Origin: Pristiophorus japonicus
Taxonomy: Eukaryota
Assembly: GCF_044704955.1 (NCBI RefSeq)
Contig: NC_091999.1
Span: 58,342,001-58,406,000, forward strand
Direction of reading: 5' to 3'
Length of the DNA stretch: 64,000 bases
Made by a program: the position numbers and the translations under genes. The notes below the pieces were generated by a model, which did not search any database, had not been told where the DNA came from, and saw only the letters and a program-made list of their open reading frames with translations. Shown here in pieces: positions 36,015-48,688 of the stretch (its first letter is position 1; each line of letters opens with the position of its first letter).

Positions 36015-37982
36015 AGAAACATAGAAACATAGAAAATAGCTGCAGGATTAGGCCATTAGGCCCCTCGAGCCTGCGCCGCCATTCAATATGTTCATGGCTG
36101 ACCATTCCTTCAGGTCCGCTTTCCTGCTTTCTCACCATACCCCTTCACCCCCTTATCCGTAAGGGCCATATCTAACTCCCTCTTGAATATATCCAATGAA
36201 CTGGCATCAACAACTCTCTGCGGCAGGGAATTCCACAGGTCAACAACTCTCTGAGTGAAGAAGTTTCTCCTCATCTCAGTGCTAAATGGCCTACCCCTTA
36301 TCCTAAGACTATGTCCCCTAGTTCTGGACTTCCCGAACATCGAGAACTTTCTTCCCGCATCTAACCTGTACAGGCCCGTCAAAATCTTATATATTTCTAT
36401 GAGATCCCCTCTCATCATTCTAAACGCCCAGTGAATAAAGGCACAGTTGATCGAATCTCTCCTCATATGACAGTCCTGCCATCCCTGGAATCAGTCTGTT
36501 GACAATATCGGACCGAGTCAGCATGAATTTATGAAAGGGAAATCATGCTTGATGAATCTTCTGGAATTTTTTGAGGATGTAACGAGTAGAGTGGACAAGG
36601 GAGAACCAGTGGATGTGGTGTATTTGGACTTTCAATAGGCTTTTGACAAGGTCCCGCACAAGATATTGGTGCACAAAGTCCAAGTGCATGGTATTGGGAT
36701 TATTGTACTGACGTGAATAGAGAACTGTTTGGCAACTGGTTTGCTGCACTCCCTCAATAGCAAGAACGTCCTTCCTCAGACTATGAGACCAAAACTGAAT
36801 ACAATATACCAGGTCTGGCCTCACTAAGGCCTTGTACAACTGCAGTAAGGTCTCCCTGCTCCTTTATTCAAATCCCCTAGCTATGAAGGCCAGCTTTCCA
36901 TTTGCATTCTTTACCGCCTTCTGTACCTGCGTGCCCACTTTCAGTGACTGATGAACCATGACACCCAGGTCTCGTTGCACCTCCCCTTTTTCTAGTCTGC
37001 CGCCATTCAGATAATATTCTGCCTTGATGTTTTTGCCCCCAAAATGGATAATCTCACATTTATCCACATTATACTGCATCTGCCATATATTTGCCCACTC
37101 ACCTAACGTGTCCAAGTCACCCTGCAGCCTCTTACCATCCTCCTCACAGCTCGGACCACCACCCAGTTTAGTGTCATCCACAAACTTGGAGATATTACAC
37201 TCTATTCCTTCAACCAAATCGTTAATGTATATTGTAAAGAGTTGGGGTCCCAGCACTGAGCCCTGCGGCACCTCACTAGTAACTGCCAGCATTTCTGAAA
37301 ATGACCTGTTTATCCAGATTCTCTGCTTCCTGTCTGCCAACCAGTTCTCTGTCCAGGTCAGTACATTAATCCCAATATCATGCGCTTGGATTTTGTGCAC
37401 CAATCTCTTGTGCGGGACCTTGTCAAAAGCCTATTGAAATCCCAATACACCACATCGACTGGTTCTCTCTTGTCCACTCTACTAGTTACGTCCTCAAAAA
37501 ATTCCAGAAGATTCCTCAAGCATGATTTCCCTTTCATAAATCTATGCTGACTCGGTCCGATCCTGTCAGTGCTTTCCAAATGGGCTGCTATATCATCCTT
37601 AATGATTGATTCCAACATTTTCCCCACTACTGATGTCAGGCTAACTGGTCTATAATTACCCGCTTTCTCTCTCCCTCCTTTTAAAAAAAAAGTGCCATCA
37701 CATTAGCTACCCTCCAGTCAATAGGAATTGATACAGAGTCGATAGATTGTTGGAAAATGATCAGCAATGCATCCACTATTTCTAGGGCCACTTCCTTAAG
37801 TACTCTGGGATGCAGACTATCAGGACCCAGGGATTTATCGGCCTTTATTCCCATCAATTTCCCGAACACAATTTCCCGCCAATAAGGATATCATTCAGTT
37901 CCTCATTCTCACTAGACTCACAGGCCCCTAGTACATTTTGAAGGTTTTTTGTATCTTCCTTTGTAAAGACAGAACCGAATTA
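36015..37982 (-). mobile_element. CR1 LINE (RT to 3' end) inserted in the CT spacer; contains an internal inverted duplicate
   Basis: ORFs 36110-36466, 36864-37403, 37358-37627 and 37681-37869; (agaaacat)n tail. Confidence 0.93.
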
Positions 37983-38035
37983 TTGTCTCTATCTCTCTCT
38001 ATATCTGTCTTTCTCTCTATCTGTCTCCCCCTTTG

Positions 38036-40438
38036 AACATAAGAACATAAGAACATAAGAGTTAGGAACAGGAGTAGGCCATCTAGCCCCTCGAGCCTGC
38101 CCCGCCATTCAATAAGATCATGGCTGATCTGGTCGTGAACTCAGCTCCACTTACCCGCCCTCTCCCCGTAATCCTTAATTCCCTTATTGATTAAAAATCT
38201 ATCTATCTTTGACTTGAAAACATTCAATGAGCTAGCCTCAACTGCTTCCTTGGCAGAGAATTTCACAGATACACAAACCTCTGGGAGTAGAAAATTTTTC
38301 TCAACTCGGTTTTAAATTGACTCCTCCGTATTTTGAGGCTGTGCCCCCTAGTTCTAGTCACCCCGACCAGTGGAAACAATCTCTCTGCCTCTATATTGTC
38401 TATCCCTTTCATGATTTTAAATGTTTCTATAAGATCACCCCTCATCCGTCTGTACTCCAAGGAGTAAGGACCCAGTCTACTCAATCTATCATCATAAGGT
38501 CACCCCCTCATTTCTGGAATCAGCCTAGTGAATCGTCTCTGTACCCCTTCCAAAGCTAGTATATCCTTCCTTAAGTAAGGTGACCAAAACTGCACGCAGT
38601 ACTCAGGTGCGGCCTTACCAATACCTTATACAGTTGCAGCAAGACCTCCCTGCTTTTGTACTCCATCCCTTTCGCAATGAAGGCCAATATTCCATTCGCT
38701 TTTGGAATGCATGCACAAGGACCCCCAGGTCCCTTTGCACCACAGCATGTTGTAATTTCTCCCCATTCAAATAATATTCCCTTTTATTGTTTTTTTTTCC
38801 CAAAGTGGATGACCTCACACTTTCCGACATTGTATTCCATCTGCCAAACCTTAGCGCAATCGCTTAACCTATCCAAATCTCCTTGCAGTCTCTCTGAGTC
38901 CTCTACACACCCCGCTTTCCCACTAACCTTAGTGTCATCTGCAAATTTTGTTGCACTACACTCTGTCCCCTCCTCTAGGTCATCTATGTATATTGTAAAC
39001 AGTTATGGTCCAGCACTGATCCCTGTGGCACAGCACTAACCACTGATTTCCAACCAGAAAAGGACCCATTTAGCCCGACACTCTGCTTTCTGTTCGCCAG
39101 CCAATTCTCTATCCATGCTAATATATTTCCTCTGACTCTGCGTACCTTTATCTTCTGTAGTAACCTTTTGTGAAGCACCTTATCGAATGCCATTTGGAAA
39201 TCTAAATACACCACATCCATCGGTACACCTCTATCCACCATGCTCCTTATATCCTCAAAGAATTCCAGTAATTTAGTTAAACATGATTTCCCCTTCATGA
39301 ATCCATGCTGCGTCTGCTTGATTGCACTATTCCTATCTAGATGTCCCGCTATTTCTTCCTTAATGATAGTTTCAAGCATTTTCCCCACTACAGATGTTAA
39401 ACTAACCGGCCTTTATTTACCTGCCGTTTGCCTGTCCCATTTTTTAAACAGAGGCGTTGCATTAGCTGCTTTTCAATCCGCTGGTACCTCCCCAGAGTCC
39501 AGAGAATCTTGGTAGATTATAATGAATGCATCTGCTATAACTTCAGCCATCTCTTTTAATACACTGGGATGTATTTCATCAGTACCAGGGGACTTGTCTA
39601 CCGTCAGTCCCATTAGCCTGTCCAGCACTACTCCCCTAGTGATAGTGATTGTCTCTAGATCCTCCCTTCCCACATTCCTGTGGCCTGCAAATTTTGGCTT
39701 TGTTTTTGTGTCTTCCACTGTGAAGGCGGAAACAAAATAATTGTTTAATGTCTCAGCCATTTCCACATTTCCCATTATTAAATCTCCCTTCTCATCTTCT
39801 GAGCGACCAACATTTACTTTAGTCACTCTCTTCCGTTTTATATATCGGTAAAAGCTTTTACTATCTGTTTTTATATTTTGCGCCAGTTACTTTCGTAATC
39901 TATCTTTCCTTTCTTTATTGCTTTCTTAGTCATTCTTTGCTGTCGTTTAAAATTTTCCCAATCTTGTAGTTTCCCACTAACCTTGGCCACCTTATACGCA
40001 TTGGTTTTTAATTTGATACTCTCCTTTATTTCCTTGGTTATCCATGGCTGGTTATCACTTCTCTTGCCTCCCCTCTTTTTCACTGGAATATATTTTTTTT
40101 GCGCACTATGAAAGAGCTACTTAAATGTCCTCCACTGTTCCTCAATTGTGCCACTGTTTAGTCCTTGTTTCCAGTCTACTTTAGCCAACTCTGCCCTCAT
40201 CCCACTGTGGTCCCCTTTGTTTAAGCATCGTACCCTCGTTTCTGATACAACTTCCTCATCCTTAATCTGTATTACAAATTCAACCATATCGTGATCACTC
40301 ATTCCGAGAGGATCTTTTACGAGGAGATCGTTTATTTTTCCTGTCTCATTACACAGGACCAGATTCAAGATGGCTTGCTCCCTTTTAGGCTCTGTTACAT
40401 ACTGTTCTAAGAAACAGTCCCGTATGCATTCTATGAAT
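38036..40438 (-). mobile_element. Second CR1 LINE (different subfamily) inserted in the same spacer
   Basis: ORFs 38263-40530 tile ORF2; (aagaacat)n tail; the CT spacer resumes at 40439. Confidence 0.93.
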
Positions 40439-41165
40439 TGTCTCTCTCTTTGTTCCTGTCTTTGTGCCTGCCATTCCATCACTATTTGCCTCCCTCTCTT
40501 TATGGAGCACACAAACACATCTCTGTACATGTATGTGTTTGAGTCTTTCTGTTATTCAGTCTGACCTTCCATCTCAGTCTCAAAGTCTCTGTTTCTCTTT
40601 GTCTCTTTCTCGCTGTCTGTCTCTCCCTGTTTCCCTGTCTCTCAACGTATCTGTCTCTTTCTCACGATGTCCAGTTCTCTTCCAATGGGATTCACTCAGT
40701 CTCTCTGTCTGACTGTCGCTCTCATTCCCATCATCTCTGTCTGTCCATGTCTCTACCTGTCTCTCTCTTTGCCTGTCTCTGTTAGTTACTGCCTCTAACC
40801 TGCTGAGTATTTCCATCATTTTCTGTTTCTATCTCTGTCTATCTCTCTATCTGTCGCTCACTCTTTCTCTGTCTCTCTCTTTGTCACTGTCTTTGTCACT
40901 GTCTTTCTCTCACTCTTTCCCTCTCTCTCTTTAAAGAGCACATACACACACATCTCTGTATATGTGTGTGTTTGAGCCTTTTTCTCACTTAGTCTGCCTC
41001 TCCTTCTCAGTCTCATACTTTCTGTCTCGCGTTGTCTCTATCTCGCTGTCTGTCTCTCCCTGTTTGTCGGAAGTCTCTGTCTCCCAAAGTGCCTGTCGAC
41101 TTCTCATGGTGTCCAGTTCTGTTCACAGCTCGATTCCTGCTCTGACAAAACAAATGCCCGTCAGT

Positions 41166-41237
41166 TCCTCGTTAGTGTAGTAGTTAGTATCCCTTCCTGT
41201 CACGCGTGAGGTCGGGGTTCAATACCTTGACGAGGGT
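41166..41237 (+). tRNA. tRNA-Asp(GTC) pseudogene
   Basis: tcctcgttagtgtagtagttagtatccc.tcctgtcacgcg...ggggttcaat; GTC anticodon retained. Confidence 0.78.
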
Positions 41238-41663
41238 GGAACTTTTTCAAAATGTTGAATATTGCTTCAAAATGTCCTGGAACTTTAGAAAAAGACTTGT
41301 GGAAAGTAATACGGATGTGAGCTTTGGTTCAGTGGCAGCATTCTCGGCTGAATCAGGAGGTTGTGTGTGTCAGTCCTGCTCTTGAGACTTGAGCATATAA
41401 TCTTGGCTGACGCTCAAATGCAGTACTTGGGCAATTTTGCATTGTTGAAGCTGTTGACTTTCGGATGAAATGTTAAATTGAAGCTCCGTCTGCACCCTCG
41501 GGTAGATGTGAAAGTTCCCAGAGCATTACTCGAAAAAGAATAGGAGAGTTGCCCCTGTGTCAATATTATTATAATTTTTGAAAATGCTCATTGAAAACCG
41601 ATGTCTGTGAGAGTGGAGCTGCAGCCCAGATTCTCACAGAGACAAAATCCGAATACTGACAAA

Positions 41664-41746
41664 ACCAGGATGGCCGAGTGGTTTAGGCGTGGGACGTAAA
41701 ATCCAATGGGTGTATAGCTGCGTGGGTTCGAACCCCACTCCTGGTA
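41664..41746 (+). tRNA. tRNA-Leu(TAA) pseudogene
   Basis: Perfect acceptor and T arm (gtgggttcgaaccccactcctggta); anticodon arm mutated (U33 to G). Confidence 0.8.
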
Positions 41747-41949
41747 AATCTTTAAATTAAATCCGATTTCCTCCCATCCTGCTCAGTAATACGCAAATGT
41801 ATTCTGTTGAATCTGTTCATGTCGATAACTTTATAACATTCTCAACTGACAAAGAAATGGGATTATGCAATGTTTCTGTGCCTCTCACTCTCTGTGTTAA
41901 GAGAGCTCTTTATGTGTTTGTGTTTGAGTCTGACTCACTCTGTCTGAGG

Positions 41950-44900
41950 AATTACGAGCTGAATTTAGGGATCCTGGAGCTAAGTTAACAAATAGAACAT
42001 CAAAGGTAGCAATTTCAGGATAGCTACCACTGACACCTGCTAGTCAGAGGAGGAATCGCAGGATAGCTCAGATGAATGTGTGGTGCAGAATGGAGGGATT
42101 CAATTTCCTGGGACATTGGAACCGGTTCAGGGGGAGCTGGGACCAGTGCAAACCAGACGCTCTGCACCTGGACAGAACCAATGTCCACGGGGGAGAGTTT
42201 GCTCGTGTTGTTAGGGAGGGGTTAAACTAATATGGCAGTGGGATGGGGACCTATGCAGGGAGACAGAGGGAAGTAAAATGGGGGCTGAAAAGTAAAGGTG
42301 GAGGGCAGAGAAACCCAAGGCAAAAATCAAAAAGGGCCACATTGCATCCAAATTATAAAGGGACAAGGTGTGCTAAGATAACAAGCCTGAAGGCACTGTG
42401 CCTCAATGCGAGGAGTATTCGTAATAAGGTGGACAAATTAACTGCACAGGCAGCAATTAATGAATATGATGTAATTGGCATCACAGAGAAATGGCTCCAG
42501 GGTGACGAAGGCTGGGAACGCAACATCCAGGGATATTCACCAATCAGGAAGGATAGACAGAAAGGAAAAGGAGGTGGGGTGGCATAGCTGGTTGAAGAGG
42601 AAATTAACCCAATAGTAAGGAAGGACATTCGCGTGGATTCTGTGTGGGTGGAGCTGCGGAATATCAAAGGGAAGAAAACGCTAGTGGGAGTTGTGTATCA
42701 CCAAACAATAGTAGTGAGTTTGGGGACAGCATCAAACAAGAAAGCAGGGATGTGTGCAATATAGCTGCAGAAGTTATCATGGGCGACTTTAATCCAATAT
42801 AGATTGGACTAACCAAACTGGTAGCAATACGGTGGAGGATTTGCTGGAGTGTATTCGGGATGGTTTACTTGACCATAATGTCGAGGAACCATCTAGAGGG
42901 CTGGCCATCCTCGACTGGTTGATGTGTAATGAGAAAGGACTAATTCGCAATCTTGTTGTGTGAGGCCCCTTGGGGAAGAGTAACCATAATAAGGTAGAAA
43001 TATTTGTTAAGGTGGAGAGTGAAACAATTAATTCTGAGACTGGGGTCCTGAACTTAAGGAAAGGTAACTTCGATGGTATGAGACATGAATTGGCTAGAAT
43101 AGACTGGGAAATGATACTTAAAGGGTTGATGGCAGATAGGCAATGGAAAACATTTAAAATCACATGGATGAACTTCAACAATTGGACATCCCTGTCTGGA
43201 GTAAAAAAATAAAACGGGAAAGGTTGCTCAACCGTCGTTAACAAGGGAAATTAAGGATAGTGTTAAATCCAAGGAAGAGGCATATAAATTGGTCAGAAAA
43301 AGCATCAACCTGAGGACGGGGAGAAATTTAGATTTCAGCAGAGGAGGACAAAGGGTTTAATTCGGAGGAGGAAAATAGAGTATGAGAGGAAGCTTGCTGG
43401 GAACATAAAAACTTCTATAGATATGTGAAGAGAAAAAGATTAGTGAAGGCAAACGTAGGTCCCTTGCAGTCAGATTCAGGTGAATTTATAATGGGGAACA
43501 AAGAAATGGTAGACCAGTTGAACAAATACATTGGCTCTGCATTCACGAAGGAAGACACGCATAACCATCTGGAAATAGTACATGACCGAGGGGCTAGTGA
43601 GAAGCAGGAACTGAAGGAAATCCTTATTTGTGGGAAATTTTGTTCGGAAAATTGATGGGACTAAAGGCCGATACATCCCCGGGGCCTGATGGTCTGCATC
43701 CCAGAATACTTAAGGAATTGGCCCTAGAAATAATGGATGCATTGGTGATCATTTTCTAACAGTCCATCAACTCTAGATCAGTTCGTATGGACTGGAGGGT
43801 AGCGAATGTAACACCACATTTTGAAAAGTGAGGGAGAGAGAAAACAGGTAATTACAGACCAGTTAGCCTGACATCAGTGGTGGGGAAAATGTTGTAATCA
43901 ATTATTAAAGATGAAATAGCAGCACATTTGGAAAGCACTATCAGGATTGGTCCAAATCAGCATGAATTTATGAAAGGGAAATCATGCTTGACAAATCTTT
44001 TAGAATTTTGTGAGGATGTAACGAGTAGAGCGGACAAGGGAGAACCAGTGGATGTGGTGTAGTGGGACTTACAAAAGACTTTTGACAAGGTCCCACACAA
44101 GAGGTTGGTGTGCAAAATTAAAGCACATGGCATTGGAGGTAATGTATTGATGTGGATAGAGAACTGGCTGACAGAGTCGGGATAAACGGGTTCTTTTCGC
44201 AATGGCGGGCATTGATTAGTTGGGTGCCGCATGGCTTAGTGCTGGGTCCCCAGCAATTTACAATGTACATCAATGACTTAGATGAAGGAATTGTGTCTAA
44301 TATCTCCAATTTTGCAGATGACATGATGTTGGATGGCGTTGTGATATGTGAGGAGGATGCTAAGAGGCTGCAGGGTGACTTGGACAGGTTAGGTGAGTGG
44401 GCAATTGCGTGGCAGATGTCGTGTAATAAAGATAAATGTGAGGTTATGCATTTTCGTGGCAAAAACACGAAGGCAGAATGTTATCTGTATGGCGGATGAT
44501 TAGGCAAAGGGGAAGTGCAACGAGATCCGGGTGTCATGGTACATCAATCATTGAAGGTTGGCATGCAGGTGCAGCAGACAGAAAGAAGGCAAATAGCATG
44601 TTGGCCCCATATCTTGGGGATTTGAATATAGCAGCAGAGCGGTGTTGTTGCAGCTGTACAGGGCCTAGGTGAGGCCTCACCTGGAATAATGTATTCAGTT
44701 TTGTTCTAATCTGAGGAAGGACGTTCTTACTATTGAGGGAGTGCAGCGAAGGTTCACCAGACTGATTTCCGGGATGGCAGGACTGACATCAGAGGAGAGA
44801 TAGGATCGACTGGGTCTGCATTCACTGGAGTTTAGACGATTGAGAGGGGACCTCAGAAACATATAAAATTCTGATGGGACTGGACAAGTTCGGTGCAGGA

Positions 44901-45245
44901 AGAATGTTCCCGATTTTGGGGGAGTTCAGATCCAGTGGTCACAGTCTAAGGACAAGAAATAAGCCATTTAGGACCGAGATGAGGAGAAACTTCTTCACTC
45001 AGAGAGTTGTTAACCTGTGGAATTCTCTTCTGCAGAACGTTGTTGATGCCAGTTCATCAGATATATTCAAGAGGGAGTTGGATATGGCCCTTAAGGTAAA
45101 GGGATCAAGGGATATGGAGCGAAAGCAGGAAAGGGGTACTGAGGTGAATGATCAGCCATGATCATATTGAATGTTGGTGCAGGCTCGAAGGGGCGAATGG
45201 TCTATTCATGCAACCGTTTTCTATGTTTCTATGTTTCAATGTTTC
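41950..45245 (+). mobile_element. Long degenerate CR1 LINE including the ORF1 C-terminus (SGNH esterase-like) and ORF2
   Basis: RNRRIAQMNVW..EGF.FLGHW...D.LHL; LCLNARSIRNK..GITE.WL (APE start); RT; (ctatgttt)n tail. Confidence 0.92.
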
Positions 45246-45247
45246 AG

Positions 45248-46300
45248 GGTGCATGCATCTAATGGCCCAGTGTGCTGTGCCATTTCTTTCAACTGGGTGC
45301 TATTTATTGTACCTGTAACTCGCCCGGTTTGTATCTGATCCATATCGTGTCTCACCTGACCAATCATCCATCTCCCATCAGCATGACATGTGTCTCTTTT
45401 CCTGTCCTCGGCATCATCCTCTCAATTCCTGCTTATTTTGCTCGTTAATTTTTCGTGCATGGCCTTCCAATACGGCTACACCCTCTAGCATTTTTTTTGG
45501 GATGTTTTAGATCCTAACTCTGAAGATTCTATCCCAATCCTGGCCTGTTTCCTGATTAGTAACTCCGTTGTTCCCCTCAAACTTTCTACACCTGCCTGGA
45601 TCGCCTGTATATCTGGTGCAACTACTAGAGATGTCCCTTTAAAGTTAATACGTCATTCGCTCTATATCTCCTCTGTCTTCCTTCTTTGTGCCTCAGCTTC
45701 TTGCGTTACTCCCTTGCTCCTGATGTGTCGCTAGATATTCTCAGGATTGTGTCTAGCAATCGTATTTACAACGCTTTAGTCTTGTGGTTATTTTTTTCTG
45801 GCTGATTAATTTATGCTCACAGGTAACATTTCATGCTACACATTGTCAAATAACAACATTACTTCTGTTCCAGGTTTAACTACCACGCAATTTCCCAAGG
45901 TTAATTCCCCTGGTTTACAATATTCAGCTAACATTTTTTACTCACTTATCTTATGGCTTCAAGACAAACGCTCCCGACACTTAGATGCCGCACCCTAGAT
46001 GCTGCTTTATGTAGTTGTTGTACCCTCCGCTGTGGTTAAATGCTTCTGGGCCCCCTCGGGGCGGCCTTGTAGCTTGTCCTTGTAGAATCGGAAGGACGGT
46101 GATGATCACGTTTATATTCTGTTGATAAAGCACATCCTGGATATTCCAGGTTTTAGTGAGAGTCTTACCATTTCCATTTTAACCGGATTTTCCTTTCACT
46201 CGCCACTGTATTGGTTCTGCAATTGCTGTGGTTATGCACAAAATTCCTACAATAGCTAAAGAACCCCAGTACCTTACAAACCCCTCAGACTGGTTTTGGT
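45248..46300 (-). mobile_element. Env-like fusion glycoprotein remnant of retroelement A
   Basis: Hydrophobic leader YWGSLAIVGILCITTAIAEP; QDVLYQQN; GRQRR followed by ANDVLT..GTSLVVAPDIQAIQAGVESLRG (cleavage site/fusion peptide/heptad); then CHADGRWMIGQVRHDMDQIQTG. Confidence 0.6.
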
Positions 46301-48023
46301 CGGGGCATAATCCTAATGCCCTCCTTCCCGTCATTGGACATGGTCCGATTTCCTTGGGATATTTCGTGTCCCAGGTACTGTACCACAAATTGTCCGATTT
46401 GTGCCTTTTTGGGATTTAGTTTACATCCTGCTTTCCATTATCTCAAATGTATTTTTCATTACTAGAACAGAGTCTAGCACGGAGGCTTTGATAACTGCTT
46501 TCTGTTGTCTCAAATGTTCCAGTTTCAAAGCCTTTACGTCTCAGTTTCTATGGTTCTTCAACCACCGTATCTGAAGTCACAAGTTCAACTTATATTTTCC
46601 TTTGTTCTAAACTGCTAAAGCCTGCCATTTTAATATTTAATTTTTTTCAAAATTCCTTTTGCAATTTCGCAGATAGCTCCCCACTTGCCCAGGAGTTTGG
46701 CCTGATCCCTGAAGGTATTTCTACATTGTTTCCAAACATTATAGTTTTATTTCTTTTTTTTAAGAGATCAGATTTAACTTTTTAATTTAAATGTATCTAA
46801 TTTTGTTGCGTATTTTCTTAAATAGTTGTACTTGAAATCTTCACAACAAAATTAACTCTTCACTGCTTCCATCCTAATTTCTGCTCCCTTTTTGTAGTAT
46901 TTGTATTTATTGTTGGATTATGAAATGTCAAATATGATAATACTGTTTTTTAATCGGACTTATCATTTATGCGTATAGTGATTCACAGATCACAGAATGC
47001 AAATTACTTTTTTTATAATTATGTGCCTCACTTCTGCTTTAGAAGCTGAACATCAAAAACTCGAATCTTTTGCGCTGTAACTGCAATTTTGTGATACAGT
47101 ATCTCATAAATGTAATCATTTAAAGCTTCAGCTTCTGACGCAGTATGTTTACTTTTATTAAAAGTCTTCCAAACCCAAGATTTTCCAATACAACCAAAAT
47201 GTTTATCAAGGAGAATCACCACAAATATCTCAAAATCCCAATTCAATTATGCCAATCTTTGATTTAAAAATATTTTTACTGAGCTCGAAGCTTTCGCATC
47301 AAGATTTTACACAAAGAAATATGGGGGCGTACTTCCCAAGCCCGCAGCCTTGAGACACCCACGCAGGATTCTTTTTTTAAGGCATTACAATTTCCCTTCT
47401 CCGTTCTTTATCTCATTCCTAGACTAAATGTATTGTCTTTCAAACAAATGTAATCAATGATTACATGTTTTCTTTTGACAAGTGAGCGTGTCGAAATGTT
47501 TTTTTTAAACCATCGGGACCACACATTGTTTTATCTTTTGCTCAACAAACCTATCCTTTGTGCATTTCCTAGCTCCATAACATATCACCTGAATAAATCG
47601 ACACCTGGGTTTCTAAATTAAAATGTAATTCAAATCTAGGTTCACACTTTCTTAAAACTTCCTTCATACAGGACAACACTGCAAAGGGTTAAAACAAATT
47701 CACTCTGTCTGAAAAAGTGGGTGGAGCCATAACAACAGACAGCTCTACCACTTTCTGAAGCAGGCTTACAGACACATGAAAAATTCATTAATTCCCACCT
47801 CAAATATTTCGCAGCCAAAAATCACACAAGCACTTTCATTCAAAGACAGACATTCACAAAAGTCTCTCTTCATTCAACAAAGCTTATTGTTTGGCCGGCT
47901 CTATTTTTGGATCCATACTTCACTTAAGATAGTCACTAACATCTTGTGTTATGGACTTACGAAAAATATCTACTAAGCGAGCCTTCTGGCCCCCAATCAA
48001 TCCTTTATTTTCCTCAGTCCTAA

Positions 48024-48441
48024 TCATAACCCTGTTAGTGTGGGATACAAATTTGGGCCAAATTCCTCTGTCCATTCCCTTCTGTCATCTATATCTATTT
48101 TTATACTTACATCCTGTTGTCTTTTGTCACTTTCTCTGTCCATCTCACCTTCGGGTATCTTTCTATTCATCTTTCCGGCTGTTAAAATTATCTTTTTCCC
48201 TTCATCATATCCTGCCTTAACCATCTCCATGACCTTTTCAGATGTATCTCTCAGAAACTCTTCTGGTAGTTTATACCGAAGCCCTCCAAGGGCCTTGGCA
48301 GATTCCTTTGCCATTTCAGACATTGGGGCTTTTTCACCAGTTCCTGTTTTACCATCTTTACTTAAGCAGTACTTTTTACACCAATGCTTTTTAACTAGTG
48401 CTGTTTTTCCACCTTTAATTATGCGGAAATATTTACACTGA
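48024..48441 (-). mobile_element. Gag-like N-terminal remnant of retroelement A
   Basis: First ORF after the PBS; Lys/Glu-rich, ending PNLYPTL (resembles retroviral LYPxL late-domain motifs). Confidence 0.4.
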
Positions 48442-48667
48442 GGCGTTTTCCCCGATATCCCGTATGCGTACTTATTGCCCCAACACTTACAGTACTTATT
48501 TACATTGTCCTGACGCGCCCCTCAACTGGATTTACTGGCTGCATGGACTCTACCTCAGATTCGTTGGATATCTGGTTACTTTGCGAGGAGAATTTCTCAA
48601 GGTAATTCTCTACTCACTCGTTATTCGGTTGGTTTGGCTTTTTGAGTCTAATCTGCCCGTCGAGTCG

Positions 48668-48685
48668 ATCCTATTGACTGCGCCA
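48668..48685 (-). promoter_or_regulatory. Primer-binding site, tRNA-Ser type
   Basis: Minus strand ...AACA acg TGGCGCAGTCAATAGGAT; 14/18 match to the complement of the tRNA-Ser(AGA) 3' end (TGGCGTAGTCGGCAGGAT). Confidence 0.6.
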
Positions 48686-48688
48686 CGT

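Larger units (their letters stand above)
23452..41800 (+). repeat. Tandem array of a 2.3-3.4 kb unit: tRNA-Leu / CT-rich spacer / tRNA-Asp / tRNA-Ser / SINE (+/- CR1 piece)
   Basis: The same flanks recur, with Leu genes at 23581, 26500, 29907, 33243, 35515 and 41664. The fifth unit is expanded by CR1 insertions and lacks Ser. Confidence 0.93.

Noticed and set aside
23750-41150. Many Leu/Ser/Cys-rich or Arg/Glu-rich ORFs (e.g. 33737-34417, 30374-30925)
   Set aside because: Translations of CT/GA low-complexity spacers, not proteins.
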